The notes beneath the pieces were generated by a model. The model did no database searches. It saw nothing but the letters and a program-made list of their open reading frames with translations, and was not told where the DNA came from. The translations under genes were made by a program, and so were the position numbers. 64,000 nucleotides of DNA from Alphaproteobacteria bacterium (lineage in GTDB: Bacteria > Pseudomonadota > Alphaproteobacteria > SHVP01), in assembly GCA_016869765.1 (NCBI GenBank), contig VGES01000010.1, forward strand, positions 13,573 through 77,572, given 5' to 3'. The number at the start of each line of letters is the position of its first letter. The first letter of the stretch is position 1. This document shows, one piece after another, positions 1-6,546 of this stretch.

Positions 1-901
1 GAAACCGCCGCGTCGCGCCCTGCCAGGTGAGGCGGGCGAGTTCCTCCTGCGGCGTGACGCCGCCCGGCACCACCTCGGCCGGATATTCGTAGCGTAGTTC
101 TTCCAGATCGAAGCGGCAGACGGCGGCGATCGCCGCGGTGCGCGCCACGGCCTCGGGGTAGTCGCGGAACAGTCGCGCCATCTCGGCGGCCGGTTTCAGG
201 TGGCGCTCGGCGTTGGGGAGCAGCCGGTAGCCGGCCTCGTCGATCGTGCAGTGTTCGCGGATGCAGGTGAGCACGTCCTGCAGCGCACGGCGTTCGGGCG
301 CGTGATAGTGCACGTCGTTGGTGGCGACGAGCGGCGTGCCGCACGCCTCGGCCAGCGCTGCCAGCAGCACGAGGCGACGGCGGTCATCACCGCGGTACAG
401 AAGACTCGCCGCGAGATAACTGCGCCCGGGAAACGCTGCAGCCACTTGACGCAGGTGTTGGCCGAAGGCGCTCGCGGGGCCGAGCACCGACGGATCGAAC
501 GCGCGTGCGGGATCGTCGAGCGCCTCGGGTGGCAAGGCGATGACGATCTGGCCCTCGCCGTAAGGGGGGAACTCGGACCACGCGAGGTGACACTCGCCCT
601 TGGGCGCGCGGCGCTTGCCCAAGGTGAGAAAACGGGTGAGCCGGCCGTAGGCGGCGCGGTCGGTCGGGTAGCAGAGGACGCTCGGCGCATCGGTGAAATC
701 GAGCCGGACGCCGACCACGAGACGGATGCCGGCTTTCGTGGCGGCGCGGTGGGCGCGAACGACGCCGCCCACCGAGTTGCGATCGGTGATCGCGAGCGCT
801 TTCAGCCCGAGCGCCGCCGCGGTCTCGGCCAGTTCGTCGGCGTGCGAGGCGCCGCGCAAGAAGCTGAAGTTGCTGGTGACCTGCAGCTCGACGTAGTCCA
901 A
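1..901 (-). CDS. dnaE2: Error-prone DNA polymerase DnaE2 (ImuC), N-terminal PHP-domain part; gene continues beyond the left edge
   Basis: Reverse-strand reading from TTG at 901 (GGAGG 4 nt upstream) gives (M)DYVELQVTSNFSFLRGASHADELAETAAALGLKALAITDRNSVGGVVRAHRAATKAGIRLVVG... This is the canonical DnaE2 PHP-domain N-terminus. The frame stays open to position 1, which explains its absence from the complete-ORF track. The 200..1027 + ORF is its antisense shadow. Confidence 0.9.
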   Translation of the reverse strand, partial: MDYVELQVTSNFSFLRGASHADELAETAAALGLKALAITDRNSVGGVVRAHRAATKAGIRLVVGVRLDFTDAPSVLCYPTDRAAYGRLTRFLTLGKRRAPKGECHLAWSEFPPYGEGQIVIALPPEALDDPARAFDPSVLGPASAFGQHLRQVAAAFPGRSYLAASLLYRGDDRRRLVLLAALAEACGTPLVATNDVHYHAPERRALQDVLTCIREHCTIDEAGYRLLPNAERHLKPAAEMARLFRDYPEAVARTAAIAAVCRFDLEELRYEYPAEVVPGGVTPQEELARLTWQGATRRF

Positions 902-918
902 GACGCCTCCCCGATTCA
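896..918. repeat. Degenerate third copy of the imuB-stop/dnaE2-start junction motif (about 17/23 matches to 6523..6545)
   Basis: Minus strand TGAATCGGGGAGGCGTCTTGGAC here versus TGAATCGGGCAGGGCTCATGACC after the imuB stop. The dnaE2 TTG start aligns with the second ATG of the MNRAGLMT leader ORF. Confidence 0.55.
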
Positions 919-1086
919 GCAGTGTGGTGTTTCGCGGCGCAGATCGAAGTCTTCGCGCGGGAAGAAGCAGGTCAAAAAGCGGATGTCGGCCCGGGGCGGT
1001 GGCTTCAACTCACGGGCCCGGAGATAGACCTCTTGGACGACGGCATCACTGCCGCGAATCGGCGGATCGGCGTCGGCCATCCTCAT
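916..1086 (-). CDS. Small ORF (56 aa, MRMADADPPIRGSDAVVQEVYLRARELKPPPRADIRFLTCFFPREDFDLRRETPHC) between P1 and dnaE2; possibly a remnant of a further paralog
   Basis: Its ATG (1086) overlaps the P1 stop as ATGA. A second ATG at 1080 sits 8 nt after GGAG. The stop at 916 lies immediately before the dnaE2 RBS. FLTCFFPRED..FDLRR weakly resembles the FLSIAFFPQGGQWWFRR motif of the paralog family. No TM segment. Confidence 0.3.
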   Translation of the reverse strand: MRMADADPPIRGSDAVVQEVYLRARELKPPPRADIRFLTCFFPREDFDLRRETPHC

Positions 1087-1859
1087 GGCTCCTCGGCGTC
1101 GTCCGGTTTGAGGTGCTCGTCGATCGGCCGCAGCACGCGCAATGCTTCGAACGGGACGCGGACCGGTTCGGGGCCGATCAACCAACGCGTCGTTCGGTCG
1201 TGATAGCGAGAGGCCCGAGCGGCAAAGCTGCCGTCATTGACGCAGTCCGCCCATTCTTCAGCCTCGATGGCGCAAAACTCCGCCCCGAAATCGACGACAC
1301 GACGAAACCACCATTGCCCGCCCTGTGGGAAAAACGCGATGCTCAGAAATCGCTCCCAACCGCAGAGGTATCCCAGATTCGCATGCTCCACGAGAACGCA
1401 GAACTTGAGGACGATCTCGCGGTCGCCGACCCGTGGTGCCCGATTTTCCGCGTAAACGGTGTCACGCTCGGGCGGCCACTGAACGTGCGCCGCGGTCACC
1501 ACCAAGTCTTCGAGCACGGCGTAGGCGACCATCGGATGGTCGCGATAAAAACTGTCTTCGTCTGTTGGCAATTCATCGATCGCACCAATCGCCCTGCATA
1601 CGGAAGGCCATTGCCTGAAGTGGCAGGCGACCCACGTGTCGATCAGACAGGCGGTCGTTTCAGTTTCGCCCAAGCAGGAGCTCGTCGTACCGAGCGGCGA
1701 AAAAATCCGATACGGACTTTCTGGCGTCCACACCGAACCGACGAACTCGGCGCGGGAACGAGCATCACCGATCAACACGCCGGCCAACCAAGCGACCAGC
1801 GTCGTCAGCATCAGCCCAACGATTCCGACGCCAGCGATTCTTGCGATTGGTGATGTCAT
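1083..1859 (-). CDS. Paralog P1: single-pass membrane protein with Cys-rich extracytoplasmic domain (putative immunity-like protein), 258 aa
   Basis: N-terminal hydrophobic helix IAGVGIVGLMLTTLVAWLAGVLI. Family motifs: WTPESPY, GTTSSCLG, ACLIDTWVAC, AYAVLE, LKFC, FLSIAFFPQGGQWWFRR, LRPIDEHLKP. Clear paralog of 3794..4609, 3006..3797 and 4623..5387. Confidence 0.75.
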   Translation of the reverse strand: MTSPIARIAGVGIVGLMLTTLVAWLAGVLIGDARSRAEFVGSVWTPESPYRIFSPLGTTSSCLGETETTACLIDTWVACHFRQWPSVCRAIGAIDELPTDEDSFYRDHPMVAYAVLEDLVVTAAHVQWPPERDTVYAENRAPRVGDREIVLKFCVLVEHANLGYLCGWERFLSIAFFPQGGQWWFRRVVDFGAEFCAIEAEEWADCVNDGSFAARASRYHDRTTRWLIGPEPVRVPFEALRVLRPIDEHLKPDDAEEP

Positions 1860-1867
1860 CGATCGTC

Positions 1868-2625
1868 CTAACCGCCCGCGTCGGCCGTCCGGCGGAACAC
1901 CGTCATAGGCGGGGACTGGACGGCCTCGAACGGAACCAAGCCGACGTGGGGTGACATGTCTCTGAGCTTCGATCCGGCCTGCCGGTCAATCTTCCGCGTC
2001 CGCGAGACGCATATCGCAGGTGAAGAACCATCCGGCGGTATGGTGTACCCAACCGCGATATTCCCAAAGGCCACCACGGCGGAAAAAAACGACACTCACG
2101 AAAACATGCCCTGGGACAGAAGTACCGTTCGAGGTCGGGTTTCATCCAACACAGCTTCAGTGTGACTTCGACGTCACCGGCGCGAGGCTTCTCGAACCAC
2201 GGCTCGAGTTTGTCGATCCGCATCCGGGCGCGAGGGACAACCATGCTCTGTTCAATCACCGCGTACGCCGTGAGCGTGCGTTGCTGCTCCTCGGGCTCAT
2301 ATTCCGGTTCGTAACCGAAGAACGCCAAGGCGCCGGGAGAGGACGGCAGTTGAATGGCGTCGCAGGCCGGCAACCACACCGCATTGGTACACGCCATCCA
2401 CGAAGCGATTGCACAGCGCAATGTTTGGGCACCCCCCACGCACGGGACGGTAGAAGCGGTCGCCGAAACCAATTCAAAACGACTTTTGGGCGTCCAGACG
2501 ACCTCCGGGTCGTTCACTCGCCAGCGATCATCCGGGCGCGTCGTCCAAACCGCGGCCGTGATCGCCGCGACGAACGCGACGATCACGACGACGAACCCAA
2601 CGACCTGCACCGAGCGACGTTTCAC
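1868..2625 (-). pseudogene. Paralog P2, disrupted by two frameshifts; closest to P5
   Basis: The GTG start at 2625 overlaps the stop of the truncated M23 ORF (GTGA). Frame 1 reads VKRRSVQVVGFVVVIVAF...WTPKSRFELVSATASTVPCVGGAQTLRCAIASWMAC...VEVTLKLCWMKPDLERYFCPRACF. Family homology continues in a second frame from about 2100 (VSVVFFRRGGLWEYRGWVHHTAGWFFTC), which stops at 1986-1988. It then continues in a third frame (SKLRDMSPHVGLVPFEAVQSPPMTV) to the stop at 1868. Track ORFs 1903..2658 and 1868..2095 are the pieces. Confidence 0.7.
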
Positions 2626-2939
2626 GGTTGCTCCGCCTGCCAGCGTTTGGTGAGCCATTCCCAGGGATCGAGCAACTTCAGCTTTGGTTTTGGTGTTTGA
2701 AGCTTGCCATCGGATCCGATGGTCGCCTCCGGCCGATCAACTTTCCAAACTTCGACGTGGACATGATTGATGGCACCCCGATACTCCTTGGCGACGCTGA
2801 GGTCCTCAACCACGCCTAAGGGAGTCTCGTGAGCCGTGACACGAAAGCTTGTCTTGTGGGCCGGCGATAGTGGCCCGACATCGGGCGTGTTTTTCCAGAT
2901 CGGCGCCAGCGACCCGGTCATGAGCCCTGCCCGATTCAT
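2622..2939 (-). pseudogene. Truncated M23/LytM-like peptidase copy (105 aa): leader MNRAGLMT.. fused to the last ~75 aa of the M23 domain; lacks the HxxxD motif
   Basis: SFRVTAHETPLGVVEDLSVAKEYRGAINHVHVEVWKV...KLLDPWEWLTKRWQAEQP aligns with SIRVIENVTPIGVVQDLDPKYPEIPNHVHVEVWKT...KLLKAWEWFSERWRSQQP of the full-length protein. The N-terminus equals the leader ORF found after imuB. Confidence 0.7.
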
Positions 2940-2967
2940 GGGAACAGGCCGTGCAGAAACCAGCGCG
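2916..2967. repeat. Direct repeat, 51/52 identical to 6523..6574 (imuB 3' end + stop + leader-ORF start)
   Basis: ggtcatgagccctgcccgattcatgggaacaggccgtgcag[a/g]aaccagcgcg is present at both sites. Weaker in-frame similarity continues about 40 nt further into the leader ORF (AxxWxNxPD). Confidence 0.9.
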
Positions 2968-3005
2968 CTGGCAGCTCGGTCACGTCCGCTTCGATTTGGC
3001 GGCCG
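2936..3005 (-). pseudogene. Orphan imuB 3'-terminal remnant (..GRQIEADVTELPARWFLHGLFP*)
   Basis: The reverse frame ending at TGA 2938..2936 reads ...ELPARWFLHGLFP*. The intact imuB ends ...DAASPRWFLHGLFP*. There is no upstream imuB body because the P3 stop is at 3006. Confidence 0.75.
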
Positions 3006-3797
3006 TTAGTCATCGGCGTTCCCCGAACCAGCGACGGAAAAACGATTCAGGACCGTCAGCGACTTAGGATCGACCCGTTCGAACGGCGGCCCGGACGGAT
3101 AACCGGGAATGCGGTTGTTGATGCGCATCGTCCGGGAAAACGACCGCTCCAGGTGAGTCCAACATTCCGGGTATTCCGGAGAGTAGATCTCGCACAGGAA
3201 ATCGCCGATCTGAACCGTCCAACCGCGATACACCCACGGTCCGCCGTCGCGGAAGAAAAAGACACTCAGCAGCCAATCGTTGACGCAACGATAGGTGTCG
3301 GTCTCATCGTCGATCTCCATCCGGCAAATCTTGACGATGATCTCGACATCGCCAGGTTTCGGGTAGGGTTCGTCGGGATAGCCGGTGAGGGCGGTGCGGC
3401 GGGCCGGCCATGCGACGCCCTTCTTCTCCAGCACCGCATAGGCGTAAATCACTGCGGGCGGATCGAGCGATTTCGTGTCCGGCGCGTCAACCGGGTCGTC
3501 CGCGCTGGGGTAGCGGATACTTCGGCACGCCGGCCGATGACCGAGCCAGTCGCAGGCCAGCCACGTATCCACAGCGCAGTCCAACGTGTGCGGTTCGCCG
3601 ATACAGCGGCTGGTTGCCCCTGATCGCGACAGGAGACGATAAGGGCTTTCCAGAGACCACGCGGTTCGGTGCGCCATCTTCGACAACAGCGCCTGGCTCC
3701 TTGGAATCTGTGCCAACACGCCCCAACCGATAGCCGCCACGAGCGCCGCGAGAACGAACGTCGTGCCGATGACCACGGTCCGGCCGCGAATCGTCAT
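3006..3797 (-). CDS. Paralog P3: single-pass membrane protein with Cys-rich extracytoplasmic domain, 263 aa
   Basis: TM helix VVIGTTFVLAALVAAIGWGVLA. Motifs: WSLESPY, GATSRCIG, LDCAVDTWLAC, AYAVLE, GDVEIIVKIC, LLSVFFFRDGGPWVYRGW. The start ATG overlaps the P4 stop (ATGA). Confidence 0.75.
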   Translation of the reverse strand: MTIRGRTVVIGTTFVLAALVAAIGWGVLAQIPRSQALLSKMAHRTAWSLESPYRLLSRSGATSRCIGEPHTLDCAVDTWLACDWLGHRPACRSIRYPSADDPVDAPDTKSLDPPAVIYAYAVLEKKGVAWPARRTALTGYPDEPYPKPGDVEIIVKICRMEIDDETDTYRCVNDWLLSVFFFRDGGPWVYRGWTVQIGDFLCEIYSPEYPECWTHLERSFSRTMRINNRIPGYPSGPPFERVDPKSLTVLNRFSVAGSGNADD

Positions 3798-4609
3798 CGT
3801 GGCCCCGCTTCTTGCGCTGGCTTCAACCGCTCATCGATGGGTCGCAGAAGCGATCGCGCCGCCTCCGACAATCGGACCGGACGCGACCCGAGGAGCCAAC
3901 GGCGGTCCTCGCCCAGTTCGTCGAGTCGACGCATGGTCCCCGTGAAACTGCCCCCACCCGCGTCGCGACAGTCTTTGGGGACCGTCGCTTCTGGAGGACA
4001 CGTGTGCTCCCACGAAAAAACCAAGTCGAGCTTGCGACGGAAATGCCAGCGATCCCCTACACGAAAAAACGCCACGCTGACGAAGTCGAGGTGTTGGCAA
4101 ATGTGCCCCAGACCTGGCCATTCGGAGAGCCCGCAGATCTTGAGGGCGACCTCGACGTCCCCGGTTTGAGGCAGCTGCACCGGGAGAAAGGGTTCACGGA
4201 CGAACTTGGCTGGAAGGACCACACGTCGGCCATCGTTCACCGTCATCTGTTCGAGGATTTCGTAGGCGACGACCGGATCGGGATCGCGCCATTGCCAGTC
4301 GAAATACAACGATCGACCGGGAAACGGCGGGTGAGCGATCGCGGCACACGGTGTCGGCCAGCGGGTGTTGTGGCAGGCAACCCAGGTATCGACAGCACAG
4401 GCGAGCGTCCGGGAGTCGCCGAGACAGGGGCTCGTCGCACCGAACGTGGCGAACAGCTGATAGCGGCTCGTGGGCGTCCACATCACGCCGAGAAATGGAT
4501 CACGCCGCGTCACATCGGCCATCAACGCCACAGCGAACCAGGCGATGACCCCCGTGAGGGCGATCGCCAGAGCGCTGACCAGCGCAACAGCCCGATTGGA
4601 ATGATGCAT
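3794..4609 (-). CDS. Paralog P4: single-pass membrane protein with Cys-rich extracytoplasmic domain, 271 aa
   Basis: TM helix AVALVSALAIALTGVIAWFAVAL. Motifs: WTPTSRY, GATSPCLG, LACAVDTWVAC, AYEILE, GDVEVALKIC, FVSVAFFRVGDRWHFRR, LLRPIDERLKP (closest to P1). Confidence 0.75.
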   Translation of the reverse strand: MHHSNRAVALVSALAIALTGVIAWFAVALMADVTRRDPFLGVMWTPTSRYQLFATFGATSPCLGDSRTLACAVDTWVACHNTRWPTPCAAIAHPPFPGRSLYFDWQWRDPDPVVAYEILEQMTVNDGRRVVLPAKFVREPFLPVQLPQTGDVEVALKICGLSEWPGLGHICQHLDFVSVAFFRVGDRWHFRRKLDLVFSWEHTCPPEATVPKDCRDAGGGSFTGTMRRLDELGEDRRWLLGSRPVRLSEAARSLLRPIDERLKPAQEAGPR

Positions 4610-4622
4610 CGCGGTTGACCGA

Positions 4623-5387
4623 TCAGGGCTCGGGGAACGAAGTCATCTTCATGGACCGAACGAATTCCCCCGGGATCCACGGAAGATGCGCTGATGGATC
4701 GAAGGATGGCCGCGCGCCGTAACGAAGAATGCGAGACGCGGTCGCCCCAAAAAAATAATGGCACGGCTCGAGATTGGGCTCGCAATCGGCATGCTCATCG
4801 TAATAGTGCCCGCGAAAGACCCAGCGGCCCTCGTGATGGAAAAAGACGATGCTGAAGGTCCGGGGCCCATCGACGCAACGATGCCCCTCGGGCTCGGGTT
4901 CCATCGAGCACGACATCACAGTGATTTCGACGTCACCGACCTGGGGTTTTTCCAACTGATCGTTGACGACGTATAGGGGCGTGCGGGCCGTGATCAGCCT
5001 GCGATCCAATACGGCATAAGCCGTCACCCGCCGTTCCAATTCGGCCTGATACTCCTCGTCATCGAGATTCCAGTCGCGAAATACGATGTAGCGAATCGAT
5101 TGACAGGCGAAATCTCGTTCCGGAAAGGCGCATGCTATCCACGTCGCGATGGCGCACCGTAGGCTTTCCGCACCACCGACACAGGGGATCGTCGAGGCTG
5201 AATAGGATACGAGTTCGAATGGACGGGCCTTGTTTGAAAGGAGACCGATTTGGTCTCGTTCCCGACCTGCGTTAGATCGACCGGAATCATTAGGAGGTAA
5301 CGTTTCGACCGTTACGGTGATTGCCGCGATGAGTGCGACAACTATGCCGACGACAAGCCCAACGGCCTGAAGAGGATGACGCGTCAT
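4623..5387 (-). CDS. Paralog P5: single-pass membrane protein with Cys-rich extracytoplasmic domain, ~254 aa; directly coupled to the M23-like gene
   Basis: The ATG at 5387 overlaps the M23-gene stop (ATGA). The track ORF start at 5426 is probably too long. Sequence: MTRHPLQAVGLVVGIVVALIAAITV..., then PFELVSYSASTIPCVGGAESLRCAIATWIAC, AYAVLD, GDVEITVMSC, FSIVFFHHEGRWVFRG. Confidence 0.75.
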   Translation of the reverse strand: MTRHPLQAVGLVVGIVVALIAAITVTVETLPPNDSGRSNAGRERDQIGLLSNKARPFELVSYSASTIPCVGGAESLRCAIATWIACAFPERDFACQSIRYIVFRDWNLDDEEYQAELERRVTAYAVLDRRLITARTPLYVVNDQLEKPQVGDVEITVMSCSMEPEPEGHRCVDGPRTFSIVFFHHEGRWVFRGHYYDEHADCEPNLEPCHYFFGATASRILRYGARPSFDPSAHLPWIPGEFVRSMKMTSFPEP

Positions 5388-6418
5388 GGTTGCTGCGACC
5401 GCCAACGCTCGCTGAACCACTCCCACGCCTTCAGCAACTTTTTCTTTGGCCCTGTTTTCCAGACTTCGACGTGCACGTGGTTGGGGATCTCCGGGTATTT
5501 TGGATCGAGGTCTTGGACGACCCCGATTGGCGTCACGTTTTCGATGACGCGAATGCTATCTCCCAAGTCCAAGATGTTTCTGAATCCAAGCGTCGCCGGA
5601 TCAACGTAGAAGATCTTTATCTCGTGACCATCGTCGGTCTCGATCTTGACGCCGCAGTAAGGCGAATTGTCTCCATAGGGAGTGGCCTTCGAGAGTTTGC
5701 CACTTATAGGGGCGTACAGAATTTTCCCTGCTTCGACCAACAAGTCGTCACCTTGGTGGCTGTAGGGCTCGTTGCTCTTGGAACGAGTCCGTCGATCGCC
5801 AACTTTGCCGCCACCCCACCGCGGGTGCCATCCACGTCGTTCGGTGTCGCGAAGATGAACCGCCGTTCCGGGTGCCGGGGGTGGAATTTGTGGAACAGGA
5901 TGGACTGTGGGTTGCCTCGCGGGTGAGCGTTTCTGGGGTGGGGTCGGTTTTTCGATCGGCACGGCACTGACCGGCGCGCGCGTCGGCGTCGGAACAGCGG
6001 CCGGGGGACCGGCTTGGGCAAGCTCAATCGGGCGCTCGCGCTCTTCGCCCGCGGTGATCGGCGCTGGGGCGCCGGGCGGGTCGAGCGCGTTTGAGGCCAA
6101 CGTTTCGGGCGCAGGCGGCGCCACCGCCGACAACCCGCGATCGGGATCGCGCACGTCGATCCCGAGATTGGTGAACTCCTGGCCCCAGCGGGTTCCTTGT
6201 TCGGATTGCGGATCGTCACGCGCCGTGAGGTACAGCGCCCGGCCCTGTTGCCAGCGCCAGAACTCGACCGTGTCCGATTGGTGCGGGTTGGCTGCACCGG
6301 TGGCCCATTGGCCGGGCCATTCGGGCGGCACCACGTCGCCGATCAACGGAGGGTTTTCAGGGTCGTTCGCGGCCGTGGCCGGATCGACGGGGGGGAACGG
6401 GTACGAACCACGCGTCAT
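5384..6418 (-). CDS. M23/LytM-family peptidase-like protein (putative peptidoglycan-hydrolase toxin): unknown N-domain + Pro-rich linker + C-terminal M23 domain, ~344 aa
   Basis: C-terminus reads RRGWHPRWGGG...YSHQGDDLLVEAGKILYAPISGKL...IGVVQDL...NHVHVEVW. This matches the M23 signature: R-x-HP pre-motif, H-x-G-x-D (HxxxD), G-x-x-[IV]-x-A-x-x-x-G-x-[LV], HxH. The likely start is the ATG at 6418 with AAGGAG 7 nt upstream, not the track start 6457. No signal peptide or TM helix is evident. Confidence 0.75.
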   Translation of the reverse strand: MTRGSYPFPPVDPATAANDPENPPLIGDVVPPEWPGQWATGAANPHQSDTVEFWRWQQGRALYLTARDDPQSEQGTRWGQEFTNLGIDVRDPDRGLSAVAPPAPETLASNALDPPGAPAPITAGEERERPIELAQAGPPAAVPTPTRAPVSAVPIEKPTPPQKRSPARQPTVHPVPQIPPPAPGTAVHLRDTERRGWHPRWGGGKVGDRRTRSKSNEPYSHQGDDLLVEAGKILYAPISGKLSKATPYGDNSPYCGVKIETDDGHEIKIFYVDPATLGFRNILDLGDSIRVIENVTPIGVVQDLDPKYPEIPNHVHVEVWKTGPKKKLLKAWEWFSERWRSQQP

Positions 6419-6546
6419 GAGGAAGCTCCTTGGTTGGAGAATCCTCCCCCGCACCATCGTGCGGCCCTGCCCTTACTTATAAACCGATCAGGCACGTTTT
6501 CCCAGAACGAGGCGAAGACCCAGGTCATGAGCCCTGCCCGATTCAT
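6415..6546 (-). CDS. Leader ORF (43 aa, MNRAGLMTWVFASFWENVPDRFISKG...) bridging imuB and the M23-like gene
   Basis: Its ATG overlaps the imuB stop (ccATGAat) and its stop overlaps the M23-gene ATG (ctcATGAcg). The first ~22 codons are conserved with the N-terminus of the truncated copy at 2939 (MNRAGLMTGSLAPIWKNTPDV). Whether it is translated is unknown. Confidence 0.4.
   Translation of the reverse strand: MNRAGLMTWVFASFWENVPDRFISKGRAARWCGGGFSNQGASS

Noticed and set aside
200-1027. 275-aa + strand ORF (and 196..690 -, 387..593 -) over the left end
   Set aside because: It is the antisense/alternate-frame shadow of dnaE2. The reverse frame gives a textbook DnaE2 PHP-domain N-terminus, whereas these ORFs are Arg/Ala/Gly-rich with no motifs.
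6494-6508. GTTCTGGGAAAACGT (minus strand) between imuB and the M23 gene as a possible internal LexA box
   Set aside because: The second half-site is ACGT, not GTTC, so it does not fit GTTC-N7-GTTC.
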